Of a stretch of DNA of 1,702 nt, positions 1 through 1,702 are shown one piece after another. The position numbers were made by a program, and so were the translations under genes. Location: NCBI RefSeq assembly GCF_003334315.1, contig NZ_QOWR01000114.1. The stretch is one strand, 5' to 3'. The notes beneath the pieces are model-generated. The model saw only the letters and a program-made list of their open reading frames with translations, did not search any database and had not been told where the DNA came from. The DNA is from Escherichia coli. Lineage in GTDB: Bacteria > Pseudomonadota > Gammaproteobacteria > Enterobacterales > Enterobacteriaceae. Position 1 is the first letter of the stretch. Each line of letters begins with the position of its first letter.

Positions 1-146
1 ACTGCTCTTTAACAATTTATCAGACAATCTGTGTGGGCACTCGAAGATACGGATTCTTAACGTCGCAAGACGAAAAATGAATACCAAGTCTCAAGAGTGA
101 ACACGTAATTCATTACGAAGTTTAATTCTTTGAGCATCAAACTTTT
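1..146 (+). promoter_or_regulatory. rrn operon leader (5' external transcribed spacer), partial; downstream of the promoters, contains boxA and the 5' half of the 16S processing stem
   Basis: Sequence directly upstream of the mature 16S 5' end matches, from memory, the E. coli rrn leader (tgctctttaacaatttatcagacaatctgtgtgggcactcgaag...). No ORF on either strand. The promoters are not in the window. Confidence 0.85.
3..15 (+). promoter_or_regulatory. boxA antitermination element of the rrn leader (TGCTCTTTAACAA)
   Basis: Exact match at 3..15 to the rrn boxA consensus TGCTCTTTAACAA, which is bound by NusB/NusE in the rRNA antitermination complex (established knowledge). A GT-rich boxC-like stretch (tgtgtggg) follows at about 30..37. 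Confidence 0.8.
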
Positions 147-1688
<1,542 letters not shown>

Positions 1689-1702
1689 CCTTAAAGAAGC
1701 GT
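1689..1702 (+). other. first 14 nt of the 16S-23S internal transcribed spacer (ITS1), truncated by the window end
   Basis: The sequence ccttaaagaagcgt immediately follows the mature 16S 3' end and matches the start of the E. coli rrn spacer as recalled. The spacer tRNA gene(s) would lie beyond the window. Confidence 0.85.

Noticed and set aside
1-146. Possible promoter (P1/P2) or small ORF in the upstream region
   Set aside because: The window starts at boxA, which lies downstream of the rrn promoters in the transcribed leader. I could not identify a -35/-10 pair with confidence, and there is no ORF here.

Overview
This window is almost entirely one complete 16S ribosomal RNA gene (147..1688, + strand, 1542 nt) of Escherichia/Shigella type. 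It is preceded by 146 nt of rrn operon leader (1..146), which contains a boxA antitermination element, and followed by the first 14 nt of the 16S-23S internal transcribed spacer (1689..1702). The operon promoters upstream and the spacer tRNA(s) and 23S downstream lie outside the window. I find no credible protein-coding gene, mobile element, CRISPR array or novel system here; the three ORFs in the six-frame track fall inside the rRNA and are artefacts. The only points worth a second look are small: a variable-region-1 hairpin variant with compensatory base changes, a 14-nt exact repeat shared by the leader and the 16S body, and the complementarity between the sequences flanking the mature 16S ends. 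Identification rests on recognition of the sequence from memory, not on a database search.
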